Source: Prorocentrum cordatum
Taxonomy: Eukaryota
Assembly: GCA_963575745.1 (NCBI GenBank)
Contig: CAUYUJ010000225.1
Coordinates: forward strand, 868,001-932,000
DNA length: 64,000 nt
Reading direction: 5' to 3'
The notes under the pieces were generated by a model, which did not search any database, was not told the origin of the DNA, and was given only the letters and a program-made list of their open reading frames with translations. Positions within the stretch are counted from its first letter, which is position 1. Every line of letters starts with the position of its first letter. Positions 1 to 16,105 of the stretch are shown piece after piece. Made by a program: the position numbers and the translations under genes.

Positions 1-270
1 GAAGCCCATATGAAAACACATGGTTTTGGTTCAAGGGCGAAAGACATACAAAACCATGGTTCTGGCTCCCAGACGAGAAGAAACCATGTAAAATCACATG
101 GTTTGGGCTCAAGGGCGACAGGAATCCGTGTAACATCAAATGGTGTCGCTTCAAGGGCGAACGGAACTCATGTAAACCACATGTTTTGAGCTCGCGGGCG
201 AAGGGATCCCAGGAAAAAACACATGGCTTCGTCTCACGAGCGAAATAAAAACGCATGGTGTGGGCCCATG
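1..270. repeat. Degenerate ~42-bp minisatellite (family S42a)
   Basis: Units like aaacacatggttttgggctcaagggcga..acccatgt recur at ~42-nt spacing. The same family recurs at ~2575-2870, ~3590-3680 and ~4770-4900. Confidence 0.75.
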
Positions 271-779
271 GGCGACAATCCGCCGATCTGGTGTGTGAGT
301 TCCCCGGAAGCCTCAAAGAGCTTGATGGAAGTTAGCGACTCAAAATGAAAAACTCTTGCTTCACTCGGGAGGTGGGTGCCAGGGTGGCTCTGTCGGGGAA
401 TGGGGGTGGGGTGGGGTAGGCGCCCTGGGCCCTGGGGAGGGGAGGGGGTCGGGGTTTCCTCGGAACTCCTGGGCCCTGGGAAAGGTGGAGGGAGCCTTTT
501 GAGGGCTTCGTGGGCAGTCTTGAAGCCCGCGTGGTTTGTTTTGACCCGCTCTTGGGACGGTTTGGGGCATTTCTTGGGCCGTCTTGGAGCGTGGAAGCGC
601 GAGAAAACGAGGACGCCGAAATCCTTTCAAAATTGAGGGGAGATGGGCGATTTTAAATTCTGTGGGCTCCAACCCGGAGGCCTCGTGGACGTGTGGAGGT
701 TCTGCCGACTTGCCCAGGCCCTCCTGGCAGAGGCCCAGGGCCTCTGGAGCCCTGCACAATCGCTGAACGATCGGGCGAA

Positions 780-2150
780 GACGCCCAAGATGGCCTCCAC
801 GACGGCCGAAAAAGCGCCCAAGACGTTCCAAAGAGGCCTCCAAGAGCACCCCCAAGATAGGCAAAATCAAATCTTCACCGGAAAACCAACAGTTTTAGTA
901 TAACATACGACTTCTCGGCCTTCACGGCGTCCAAGAAGGCCCAAAGGGCCCCCAAGACCGCCCCGAGACGACCCAAGAGGCCCCCAAGAGGGCCCCAACA
1001 CGGCCCAAGAGGGCCCCAAGACGGCCCAAGAGGCGCCCAAGACGACCCAAGAGAGCTACAAGACTGCCCCAAGAGGGGCCAGAGAGGGGGAGCCAGACCG
1101 ACGATTCGAGCCTTCCGCCTCAAGATGCCACCAGCCCCAAGAGGCCCACAAGAGGCCCCAAGAGGCCCCCCAGAGACCCTAAGACGCCCCAAGAGGTCCC
1201 AAAACGGCCCCCAAGAGCCTTCAACATTGCCTCCGACAGGCCCCCGAGAGGCCTCCCAAGACATCCCAACGAACATTCATGAGGCCTATGACACATAACC
1301 CAGTCACTGTGGCGGAATCATTAGGTCCGCCGCCCCTGTGGTCTTGCCACAGGGGTGCCTGGCGTGCTCGACCCTATACGGCTTGGTTTGGGTGCTTTCC
1401 CCAAAGAACTCCCCATGGGGCTTCGGCCGATCCCGCGGGCCGCCCAAAAGGCTGCCGAAAATGCCCGGGTGGTTGCCCAAATCGCCTCCAAGACGAACAA
1501 GATGGCCCCAGATGGCCTCCAAGACGGCCGAGATGGCCTCCAAGGTCGCCCAAGATGGTCCAAGATGGCCTCCAAGACGGCCCGAGAGGTTCCAAGATGT
1601 CTCTAAGTCTGCCCAAGAAGCCTCCAAGACGGCCCAAGAGGCCCCTAAAAGGCCTCCAAGACGGTCCAAGAGGCCTCCAAGAGGTCCTCCAGGAGGGCCC
1701 GAGGATGCCAAAATCATAGAGGTTCTGTAAGTGTTTGAACGATTTGGGCATTTGCTTCTTTTCGGCCTTCCGACGGAGGCTCCCAAGATCGTCCCCAAAG
1801 CGCCCAAGAGGCCTCCAAAACGGCCCCATGATAGCCCAAGAAGCCCCCAAGACGGCCTACGGCCCAGAGGGAGGCCCAAGAAGGCCAAAGAGGCCTCCAT
1901 GACGGTCAAGATGGCCTCCAAGACGGCCCTGAAACACCCCTCGAGGGCCCCAAGGCGGTCCAGAGGCCCCCAAGACGGCTCCCGACGGCATCAGGCGGCC
2001 CAGGAACGCCCTAAGACTGCCAAAGAGGCCCCGAACAAGCTCCCAACGGCCTCCAAGAGGCCGAAGGAGACCCCCAAGAGGCCTCCAAGAAACTCCCAGG
2101 AAGCTCCCAGGAGCCCCCAAGAGCGCCACAAGAAGCTCCCAAGAGGTCTA
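780..2150. repeat. CCAAGA/GGCCCCAAGA low-complexity dispersed repeat family
   Basis: Dense ccaaga/ggcccaagagg motifs. Related tracts lie at ~2960-3530, ~21060-21360, ~35080-35610 and ~43220-43900. The Pro/Arg/Gly-rich ORFs in all frames are repeat artefacts. Confidence 0.75.
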
Positions 2151-2574
2151 CTCCTCCTCCTCCTGTTCCTCCTATTCCTCTTCCTCCCCCTCCTCCTCCT
2201 CCTCGTCCTCCTCCTCCTCCTTCTCCTCCTCCTCCCTTTCCATTGTTCTAATCATCCTCCTCTTCCTCACGTGTTCCCCGAATGGTTTCAACGACGGCTG
2301 GGGGACCATATGGTCCGATGGCTTGGCCCAACTCTAGCCCAACTTTCGGCCACACAGGCGCTTTCAATAAGGCAGGGGGTGGCGGTGATTCGCCATAGGC
2401 GTCTTCAATAATGCCCACAAAACCCAACTCAACCCCCGCAACAAAAAATAAGCACACGTGCCAAACTGACCGGATGAAAGCTCCAAATAACCCCAAGGGC
2501 CGCCAAGGTGCTTTTACCACGACTGTAAATCCGCTAGGAGCGTCCTGCATCGGCGGCACAGGCCGAAGGCCACT

Positions 2575-2870
2575 ACAATAACCCATGTAGAAACACATGG
2601 TTTGTGAGTTCTCACGCGGAATAGACCCATGTAAACACACCTGCTTCGCGCTCACGGACGAAAGGAATCCATACAAACAAACATGGTTTGCGCTCGCGGG
2701 CGAACGGACACCAAGTAAAAACATGCGGTTTGGGCTCAATGGCGAAAGGATCCATGGCTCCCAGGCGAGGGGACCAATCTGAAAAAGACATGGTTTTGGC
2801 TCAAGGGCAACTGGAACCTAAGTAGAAGCACGTGGTTTGCGCTCACGGGCCAAACGAACCCATGTTTGCG
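2575..2870. repeat. Second tract of the ~42-bp S42a minisatellite
   Basis: acccatgtagaaacacatggtttg... units at ~42-nt spacing; contains TTTTGGCTCAAG at 2794-2805. Confidence 0.7.
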
Positions 2871-3789
2871 AACCCCCGCTTGCCAGGGGTGGGAAAGCGT
2901 GTGAGATGATTGGCTGTCCCCCTCCCCCGTTCTCTCCTTCCAAAGGTCAAACGAGACGTTCCAAGACTGTTCCGTGGCCTCAGAGACGTTCCAAGACTGT
3001 TCCGAATCGCCGAACGATTGGCCCAAGACGCATACGATGGCTCCAAGACGCCCCAAGACGCCTTCGAGATGCCGCCCCAAGAGAGGCCAAAAAGCCTTCC
3101 CAAGCGGGCCCCGAGAGGCAAACATCACTGATGTTATGAAGGTGTTTCATTGCTTCTGGGGTTATTGTCTTCTCGACAGACCGCCCCAAGACTGCACCAG
3201 AGGCCCCTACGAGGGCCCCAGGACGGCCCAAGAGGATTCCAAGGCGGCCCAAAGAGGGGCCCAAGACGGCCAACGATCGCCCCAAGGGGACCCCAAGAGA
3301 GGCCAAGAGGGAGAACACAACCGAAAATACTATCTTTTGGCACCAAGGGGCTCCCCAAAGGCCCCAGCGGCCCACAAGAGGCCCCCAACGAGTCCGAAGA
3401 GGCCCAAAATAGGCACCAAAGCACCCCCCAAGACGCTTCAAATCTGCCTCCGAGAAGCTCCACCAGGCCCCCAAAAAGCTCCCAAGGCGCCCACCAGAGT
3501 CCCCAGATAGTGCCCAAGAAGCCCACGACGACGCCTCAACTGTGTACTCCCCTCCTCTTCTGGGTGTCGGCGGAATGGCGTAAGCATACTGGGTAACAGC
3601 ACGTGGTTTTGGTTCAAGGGCGAAAGAAACCGATGTAGGGATACGTGCGTTGAGCTCACGTGCGAAACGAACCCATGTATTTAGTTTTCTTCGAGCGACC
3701 CCCACCGACACCTTAAGCGTTTGTTCCCGACGGCGTGCGGTTGGCTAATTGGTAGAACGCTGCGCGCGGGGCCCTGTGGCCTTGGCCAT

Positions 3790-4550
3790 GTTAGGACATG
3801 CTATGTTCTATCAGGTTATGCTGTAGCGTGCTCTGTTACGTGATGCTGTCGACGGCTCAGCTCAGTACAATAAGGTATGATACGGTATGGCCATATGTCT
3901 TGCTACGTCCTGTTATGTCGTGGTACTCCTCCCCACCACGGAACACCTGCCACGTCTGGATTCATAAACGGTTCAAACGTGCTTCATGTGGTCACGCTCT
4001 TTCATGTTATGCTATATTCTGTCCTGGTCTGTTCTCGACGGGCCGACGTGACGCCTGTGAGGTTAGATGCGTCGGCTGTTATGGTGACCATCTTCACGGA
4101 CATGTTTCTCTTCTGACTGAATATGTTATTGTATGCTCAACGCTGTCACCATATGCGTTGAGAGGCTATGGTATGATCTGCTATGTGGCACTGTTTTATG
4201 ACACAATGTGTTATACTAAATCATGTTATAATATGCTCTGACCCGTGATGCTGTTGTCAGCTCGGCTCTATATCTTGAACTATGATATGCTCTGCTAGTA
4301 TGTTTCTCTCCGCTCCGCTGTCGTGCTATCATATGCCCTGAGATGCTGCCATGCTATGATCTGCTGTCGTGTTACGATATGTTTGTGATGCTGTGCCATT
4401 GTCAGGAAATTATGTGTTATGTCAAGATGTGTTATGCTATGTTCATTATGTTATGTTTTGCTGTTCTGTGTAGTCTTCTGTTCTGTCATGTTATGTTTTG
4501 GAATGTTATGTGATGCTATGCTATGCTCTACTTCATCATGATATTGATAT
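3790..4550. repeat. Degenerate AT-richer pentanucleotide (ATGCT/ATGTT/GTGCT) simple repeat
   Basis: Runs such as tgttatgctatg and atgctatgctatgct; AT-richer than the flanks. Confidence 0.65.
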
Positions 4551-4554
4551 GTGT

Positions 4555-4720
4555 GGGACACCCGGGAATCTCGGGGATCATCGGGACAGCTTGGGGTCTG
4601 GCGGCCGCGGTATGCAGGGTGGGGTTGGCCGGGCGCGAGGCGGGACACCCGGGATTCTCGGGGATCATCGGGACAACTCGGGGTCTGGCGGCCGCGGTAT
4701 GCAGGGTGGGGTTGGCCGGG
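4555..4720. repeat. Two near-identical ~79-bp direct repeats (period 87)
   Basis: gggacacccggga(a/t)tctcggggatcatcgggaca...ggggttggccggg at 4555 and 4642. Confidence 0.85.
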
Positions 4721-5296
4721 GGGTCTGTTCTTGAAATCTAGCAACCCCAACTTGTCGGGTGGGGACAAAAACACACGGCTTGGGCTCACGAGCCAAAGGG
4801 ACCAATGCAAACACACATGGATTGAGCTCACAGGCGACCGGAACCCATGTGAAAAGTGAAGACACATGGCTTCGGCCCACTGGCGACAGGACCCCAGGTA
4901 ACAGCATGCGCTTCGCCTGTAGACATCCTCAACACATCGTCATGTCAGATATCTGCACGGGCGACCTCAGGCGCTTCTTCAAACAGGCGTTTCGCTCGAG
5001 ACATCCTCGAACATTCTGCGCGCAGCACGCGCCATCCGCGCGGGCACGCGCAAATTCAATTTTTCATGTTCAGAGGAATTTGATTAGCATTTCAACGCAC
5101 CCCTCACGAGGATTCTGCGCAAAACGCTCCGCACCCTCTTTTGCAAAACAACCGTTTCGCTAGAGAAATCCTCAACTAATTCTTCGCTGGCCCTACTCGA
5201 CCCCGTTATTCACCGTTGAAAACTCGCCGGCCCTACGCAAGTCGAGGCTGGAGGGAGAACATCTAAAAGATAACCCTGGGCTGGCGCCCTTTCCGG

Positions 5297-7870
5297 GACA
5301 TGATCGACCCATGAAATGCTGAGTGTATCGATCTGAATTTACCGTGCCAAGGGCTGTGGTGCTGTGCTGTGCCGTGCTGCACTGCGATATGCCATGCCGC
5401 GATTGTGCTCTATAGCGTTGTGGATCGAGTCCTCCTTAGTATTCGAATACTGACCGAACTGATCTGGATCTTACAGTAAACTCAAGCTGCCTGAGCACAG
5501 AATAGCCGCCTCAGAGCTAGTTGAAGTGGAAACGCAGAGGACGTTCAATCAACTCGACCTCAAAACCGAATCAGCTTCGACAAGGAACGACACGACACGG
5601 TGCACAGGCTCACGGACGCGCCACTGGATGTGCCAGGGGCGCAGTAGGGGATGCGCCAGGGGACGTGTCAGGGGACGCATCAGGGGACGTGCCCTGGACG
5701 TGTCAGGGATCTGCCACTGGATGTGCCAAAGCGCGTGACATGGGGCGGCCAGAGGACGTCATGCCAAGGGATGTTGCAAGGGGCCCGCCACGGAACGGGC
5801 AGGGGAAACGCCTGGGGACGAGCAATGAAACGCGACAGAGGACGAGCCAGGGAACGTGTCACGCCGAGTGGCGTGCTAGGGGACGTGCCAGGGCACGTCA
5901 CGCCAGAACGTCGCAAGGGACGCACCAGGGGACGCGCCAGGGCGCCAGGGGACGCCCCACGGGCGGCCGGGGTTGGACTGCGATGCACTCTACTGCGACA
6001 AGCGGTTCGCTCGAGACATCCTAAACAAATCCGCATGGTAGACATCCGCCTGGGCGACCCGGACACGTGAAAACAAGCGTCTCGCTCGAGACGATCTCAG
6101 CACCTCCTCATCCTAGACATCCGCCTGGGCGACCTGGACACGCGAAAACAAGCGTTTCGCTCAAGACATCCTCAACAAATCCTCATTTTAGACATCCGCC
6201 TGGACGACCTGGAAACGTGAAAACAACGGTTTCGCTCAACAGATCCTCCACATCATCATGCTAGACATCCGCCTGGGCGATCTGGACACGTGAAACCAAG
6301 CGTGTGTCTCTCTCTAAAGACATAATCAACAAATCCTCATGCTAGACATCCGCCTGGGCGATCTGGACACGTGAAACCAAGCGTTTCGCTCAACAGATCC
6401 TCAACAAATCCTCACGTTAGATATCCGCATGGGCGACCTGGGCACGTCAAAACAAGCGGTTTGCTCAACACATCCTCATGCTAGGCATCCGCCTGGGCGA
6501 CCTGGACACGTGAAAGCAAGCGCCTCACTCGAGACATCCTCAACAAATCCTCACGTTAGACATCCGCCTGGGCGACCTGGGCGAGTCAAAACAAGCGTTT
6601 GGTTCGAGACCTTGTCAACACATCATCATGCTAAGCATCCGCCTGAGCGACCTGGACACGTAAAATCATGATCGACCCACGAACCCAGAAAGGAATATGG
6701 AAGTGTAAGGCATGGCAACGTTTTCAAAAACACCTGATTGAGCGACGGGCAATTGCAATGCTGAGTGTACCGTTCTTGATGCACCGTGCAGAAGGCTGTG
6801 CTGTGCTGCGCCGTGCTGAATTGCGATGTGCCATGCCGCGATTGTGCTCTATAGCGTCGTGGGTAGAGTCCTCCTTTACATCCGAGTCCTGACCGAACTG
6901 ATCTGGATCTTAAGCTCGAGCTGCCTGAGCACATAGTAGCTGCCCCAGGGCTAAATCTTTTTTTCCAGGGGACATGCCAGGAGGACGCGCCGCGGAACGT
7001 CCCACGGGACGCGCCAGAGCACATGCCAGGGGACGTGCCATGGGGACGCAACGCGGGAAGTGCCAAGGGGACGCGCTGCGGACTGTGCCAATGGACGTGC
7101 CACGGGAAGTGCCAGGGGACGCGTCGCGCGACGTGCCAGGGGGACTCGTCACGGGACGCGCCACGGAACGCGCCAAGTTGCAATGCTGAATGTACCGATC
7201 TTGATGTACAGTGCAGAAGGCTGTGCTGTGCTGCGCCGTGCTGAATTGCGATGTGCCGTGCCGCGATCGTGCTCTATAGTGTTGTGGATCGAGTCCTCCT
7301 TTGCATCCGAGGTCTGACCGAACTGATCTGGATCTTAGCTCGAGCTGCCTGAGCACATAGTAGCTGCCCCAGGGCTAAATCTTTTTTTCAGGGGGACATG
7401 CTAGGAGGACGCGGCGACGCGCCGGGGGACATGCCAGGGGACGTGCCATGGGGACGCAAAGCGGGACGTGCCAAGGGGACGCGCTACGGACTGCGCCAAT
7501 GGACGTGCCACGGGACGTGCCAGGGGACGCGCCACGCGACGTGCCAGGGGGACTCGCCACGGGACGCGCCACGGAACGTGCCAAGGAACGTGCCAAATTG
7601 CAATGCTCCCATGACAAGTCATCCCCAAGAGTCAATTCCGCCGGCCCTACGCGACCTCGTTCTTTACGCAGAATAATCCCGCCAACTCTATACAAGTTGA
7701 GGCCGGGGAGAACCCCCTAAAAAAAAACCTGGGCCCACGCCCCTTCCGGGAACATGATCGACCCACGAACCCGGAAAAGGAATATAGAAATGTAACGCAT
7801 GGCAACGTTATCAAAGACACCTGATTGGTTGACGGGCAATTGCAATGCTGAGTGTAACGATCTTGATGTA
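5297..7870. mobile_element. Composite non-autonomous dispersed element (Helentron/HINE-like), head-to-tail copies; interrupted at 7870 and resuming at 17323
   Basis: Fixed left end (AA)CATGATCGACCCACGAACCCGGAAAGG, internal ~330-420-bp units, a 75-bp minisatellite (aaaacaagcgtttcgctcgagacatcctcaacacatcctcatgctagacatccgcctgggcgacctggacacgtg) and a fixed right end CCCTGGGCCCACGCCCTTTCCGGGAA. The class assignment is inference. Confidence 0.6.
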
Positions 7871-8229
7871 GAGGGTGCGCCGCTGGATCTCCCCAAGGGG
7901 AGGGGGGGGGGGGGGACCCCCTCCCCTCCCCCCCCCCCCCCGATCCGTTGTCGGGGACCCCCCCCCCTCTCCCCCTTCCCCGATCCGTCGTCGGGGACCC
8001 CCCTCCCCCCCTTGCCCCGATCCGTCGTCGGAGACCCCTCCCCTCTTTCAAAAAGGGGGGGGCCGACCCCCCCCCCCTCCCCCCCTTTGGCCGCACCCCC
8101 CCCCCCCCTCCCCCCTTTTCGCCACGCCGCCCCCTGACTCCGGAACCGACCCCCGCCACCACTACGCCTAGTCCTCACCCTAACCCAAACTCCTAACCCT
8201 AACCCCAACCACTAACCCCAGCCCCAAAG

Positions 8230-9505
8230 AGTACTCACTACTCATCACTCACTACCCACTACTGACTACTCGCTATTCGCTACTCACTTCTCACTGCCCC
8301 CTACTCACTACTCACGACTCACTACTCACAATCCACTACTCACTACCCACCACCCACTATTCGCTACTCGCTACTCCCTATTCAATACTCACTACTCACT
8401 CCTCACTACCCACTACTCAGTACTGACTACTCACTAAGCACTACTCACTACTCACTAATCACTACTCATTGCCCACTACCCACTAATCCACTACTCACTA
8501 CTCACTCCTCATTGCCCGCAAATCACTACTCACTACCCACTACTCGCTACTCGCTACTTCCTACTCCCTAGACAATACTGACTACACAGTACTCAGTACT
8601 CACTACTCGCTACTCCCATACTCGCTACTCAATACACACTACTCACCCCCCGCTACTCACTACACACTACTCACTATTCACTACTCCCTACTCACTAGTC
8701 ACCACAGAGTCTCTAATCACTAGTCACAGGTTACTAGTCACTAGTCACTAGTCACTAACTACTCTCTACCCGGTACGCACTACTCACTAATCGCTACTCA
8801 CGACCTACTGGTCGCTACCCACTTCGTACTACTCACTGCTCACTACTCCCAACTCCCTACCCACTACTCACAACTCACTACTCACTACTCGCTATTCCCT
8901 AGTCGTTACTCACTCATCACTACCCACTACTCACTACTGACTACTCACACTACTCACTACGCCCTACTAGCTACTCACTACTCACTACTCGCTACTCCCT
9001 ACTCGCTACTCACTACCCACAGCCACTAACCACTACTGTCTATTCATCACTACTAACTACTTACTACTCACTACGCACTACGTACTACTCAGTACTCACT
9101 ACTCACTGCTCACTACTCACTATTCACTATTCACTACTCGCTACTCTCTACTCACTACTCACTACTCACTACTCACTACTCACTACTCACTACGCACTAC
9201 GCACTACCCACTACTCACTACTCACTAATACCACCCACTACTCACTACCCACTACTCACTACCCACTACTCATTACTCCCTACTCCCTACTCAGTATTCA
9301 CTACTCACTACTCGCTACTCACTACTCACTACTCACTACTCGCCACTCACTACTCACTTCTCAGTACACACTACTCACTACTCACTACTCACTACTCACT
9401 ACTCCCAACTCCCTACTCCCTACTCCTTACTCGCAACTCACTACCCACGACCCACTACCCAATACTCACTATTCACTACGCACTAACTCACTACTCACTA
9501 CTCAC
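8230..9505. repeat. Degenerate heptamer satellite (CTACTCA)n
   Basis: Tandem actactc/ctactca units, preceded by degenerate CCCTAA-like units at ~8165-8225. Confidence 0.9.
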
Positions 9506-9894
9506 CACTCCCTCCTCCCAACTCCGTACTCCCTACACACCTTCTCTGGCGCAGAAACGAGAAGCGAGAGAGGCCCCCCCTCCCCGGCGCCCTTTCCGGC
9601 GCTGGGACCAATCCCAACCAATGCGAAAAGCAAACTGGGCCCAATCCCAACCATCTTGGGATAGCCCCACAATAGGATTTTAATTGTAGAGAAGCCCAAG
9701 ACGACTGCGAAGACCAAGTGACACTCCTTATGTCAACGCAGAGGATCTGGAAGCCATCATGCGTGCTCGAGTTGGAATTGGTCTCAGTTTTTGGTCTGCG
9801 CACGAGCACTACGTTAAGATGAGCAAGAGGGCACCGGAGCGTAAGCAAAAACGCACCGAATTGCATCGATTCCGAAATATGCAAATTGGTCCTC

Positions 9895-12830
<2,936 letters not shown>

Positions 12831-13371
12831 CGTAGTTGTAGTCGTAGTCGTAGTGGTGGTCGTGGTCGTAGTCGCAGTAGTAGTGGTAGTAATGGTACGC
12901 AAAAATGCAATCCGCGAGCGGGCGGGCCCCTCGGCATGTGAGATGGCGCACGCCTGTAGGCCAACCAACAAACCAACCAACCAGCTAGGCAGGCAACCAA
13001 CCGGCCAACCAGCCAGCGAGCCAACCAAGCAGCCAACCAGCCAAAGAACCAGCCAGCCAGCCAACCAGGCCACCAACCAACTGCCAACCAGTTACGAGGG
13101 GGCGGAGCGTGCCGAGAGGCATCTCTGAATAGAACTGGCGGTGGCGGCGCGCAAAAATGCAATCCGAGAGCGGGTTTTTGTTCGCCACGGCGGCGAGCGG
13201 TTGTCCACGCGGGCAGCTGCAAGGCATCCAGAGCCTGCCGTGGGATACTGGCCTGCCGTGGGATACTAGCCCCCTCTGCTGCCGGGGATGCGTGCAAACG
13301 CGCCGAGCATCCCGTTTCCCCCTGCATCCCGGTGTTCTGGTTGTACAACATGTGAAGAGCCGTAAACTCTC

Positions 13372-13725
13372 GGAGGAATCCAAAGGAATTCCGAAGGAGG
13401 AATCCAAAGGAATTCCGAAGGAGGAATCCAAAGGAATTCCGAAGAATTCCGAAGGAACCCTAAGGAATTCCAAAGGAATCCTGAGGAATTCCGAAAGCAT
13501 CCTGAGGAATTCCGAAAGCATCCTAAGGAATTCCGAAGGAATCGGAAGGAATTCCAAAGGAATCGTAAGGAATTCCGAAGGAGTCCTAAAGAATTCCGAA
13601 GGAGTCCTAAAGAATCCTGAGGAATTTCGAAGGAGTCCCAAAGAATCCTGAAGAATTCCGAAGGAGTCCTAAAGAATCCTGAGGAATTCCGACGAATTCG
13701 AAGGGATCCGGAGGAATTCCGAAGA
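13372..13725. repeat. ~21-bp GAATTC-containing tandem repeat (second copy at ~16650-17000)
   Basis: Units such as ggaattccgaaggaatcctaa repeat about every 21 nt. Confidence 0.85.
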
Positions 13726-14254
13726 TCCCATCCGTGGTTGGAATTGGTATCATTTTTGGTTGGGTTGGGATTGGTCTCATTTGTGGTTGGAATTGGTCTC
13801 GTTTCTGGTTGCAATTCGCTACGAACGGTTGGAATTGGGACAAGTCGGTTGTAATTCGTTCCATTTCAGGGTTCGACGCCCCCCCCCTTTCAGCGCCAAG
13901 GGGGGGGGTCCGGACCGCATGTGGGCCCAATCCCAACCCACTGGGCCCAATCCCAACCAACTGGGATCAATCCCAACCAATGCGAAAAGCAAGCTGGGCC
14001 CAATCCCAACCATCTTGGGATAGCCCCACAATAGGATTTTAATTGTAGAGAAGCCCAAGACGACTGCGAAGACCAAGTGACACTCCTTATGTCAACGCAG
14101 AGGATCTGGAAGCCATCATGCGTGCTCGAGTTGGAATTGGTCTCAGTTTTTGGTCTGCGCACGAGCACTACGTTAAGATGAGCAAGAGGGCACCGGAGCG
14201 TAAGCAAAAACGCACCGAATTGCATCGATTCCGAAATATGCAAATTGGTCCTCC

Positions 14255-14284
14255 TAGTACTAGTACTAGTACTAGTACTAGTAC

Positions 14285-14347
<63 letters not shown>

Positions 14348-14528
14348 TAGTAGTAATAGTAGTAAGTAGTAGTATTAGTAGAAGTAGTAGAAGTAGTACT
14401 AGTAGTGGAAGTAGTAGTAGTAGTAGTAGTAGTAGTTGTAGTAGTGGTGGTAGCAGTAAGACATCGTAATCGTAGTCGTAGTGGTCGTAGTAGTAGTCGT
14501 AGTAGTAGTAGTAGTAGTAGTAGTAGTC

Positions 14529-14562
<34 letters not shown>

Positions 14563-14681
14563 CCGTACTAGTAATAGTAGTAGTAGTAGTAGTAGCAGTA
14601 GTAGTAGTAGTAGTAGTAGTAGTACTGGTAGTAGTAGTAGAAGTACTAGTAGTAGTAGTAGTAGTAGTAGTCGTGGTCGTA

Positions 14682-14729
<48 letters not shown>

Positions 14730-14780
14730 ATACTCGTAGTAGTAGTGAAATAAATAGCAATTGTAGTAGCAATAGTAGTG

Positions 14781-14836
<56 letters not shown>

Positions 14837-15034
14837 CGTAGTAGTAGTAGTAGTGGTAGTAGTAGTAGTAGCGGTGCTAGTAGTAGTCGTAGTAGGAGTA
14901 GTCGTAGTCATAGTCGTCGTTGTAGTAGTCTTAATCGTAAGAAATGGTAGTAGTGGTAGTCGTAGTAGCAGTAGTAGTAGTAGCAGTAGTCGTAGTAGTC
15001 GTAAACGGTGTCGTAGTCGCAGTCGTAATCGTAA

Positions 15035-15066
<32 letters not shown>

Positions 15067-15111
15067 ATAATAGTAGTAGTAGTAGTAGTAATAGTGGTAG
15101 TAGTAGTAGCC

Positions 15112-15143
<32 letters not shown>

Positions 15144-15702
15144 CGTCGTCGTCGTCGTCGTCGTAGTCGTACTAGTCGTAGCACTAGTTGTAGTAGTAGT
15201 CGTAGTAGAATTCGTAATATCATTAATAGGAAGAGTAGTAGTCGTAGTCGTAACAATAGTAGTAGTAATAGAAACAGGAGTAGTAGTCGTAATAGTAGTA
15301 GTCGTCTTAGTAGCCGCAGCAGTCGTAACAGTAGTAGTAGTAGTAGTAGTAGCAGTAGCAGTAGCAATATTAGTAATACTCGTAGTAGTAGTGAAATAAA
15401 TAGTAATAGTAGTAGCAGTAGTAGTAGTAGTAGTAGTAGTAGTAGCGGTAGTAGTAGTAGTAGTAGTAGTAGTAGGAGTAGTGGTGGTAGTAGTAGCCGC
15501 AGTAGAAGTAGTTGTAGTCGTAGGCATGGTTGCAATAATACTAGTCGTAATAATGATTGTAGTAGTAGTAGTCGTAGTAGTAGTAGTAGTGGCACTAGAA
15601 GTAGCAGTAGCAGTAGTAGTAGTAGAAGTAGTAGTAGTAGTAGCAGTAGTAGTCGTAGTCGGTGTCGTAGTCGTAATCGTGGTAGTAGCTGTAGTAGTAG
15701 TT

Positions 15703-15736
<34 letters not shown>

Positions 15737-15855
15737 CACTAGTGGTAGTAGTCATACGGGTCGTAGTACTGGTAGTAGTGGTAGTAGTAGGAGTAGTAGT
15801 AGTAGTAGTAGTAGGCGTCGTAGTAGAATGCGTAATGGTAGTATATGTATTCGTG

Positions 15856-15888
<33 letters not shown>

Positions 15889-15919
15889 ATAGTAGTAGTA
15901 GTAGTAGTAATTGTAATAA

Positions 15920-15954
<35 letters not shown>

Positions 15955-16033
15955 ATAGAAGTAGTGGTAGTACTAGTAGTAGTAGTAGTAGCAGTAGTAG
16001 TACTGGTGGTGGTGGTGGTAGTACTGGTAAGTG

Positions 16034-16066
<33 letters not shown>

Positions 16067-16070
16067 ATAC

Positions 16071-16103
<33 letters not shown>

Positions 16104-16105
16104 CA
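14255..16105. repeat. Second (TAG)n degenerate array, paralogous to part of 9895-12830
   Basis: Shares the same interruptions, e.g. gtcttaatcgtaagaaatggtag and gaattcgtaatatcattaataggaag. Confidence 0.9.

Noticed and set aside
8165..8225. CCCTAA-like units as a true interstitial telomere
   Set aside because: Highly degenerate 6-mers, not the CCCTAAA 7-mer, grading into the CTACTCA satellite.
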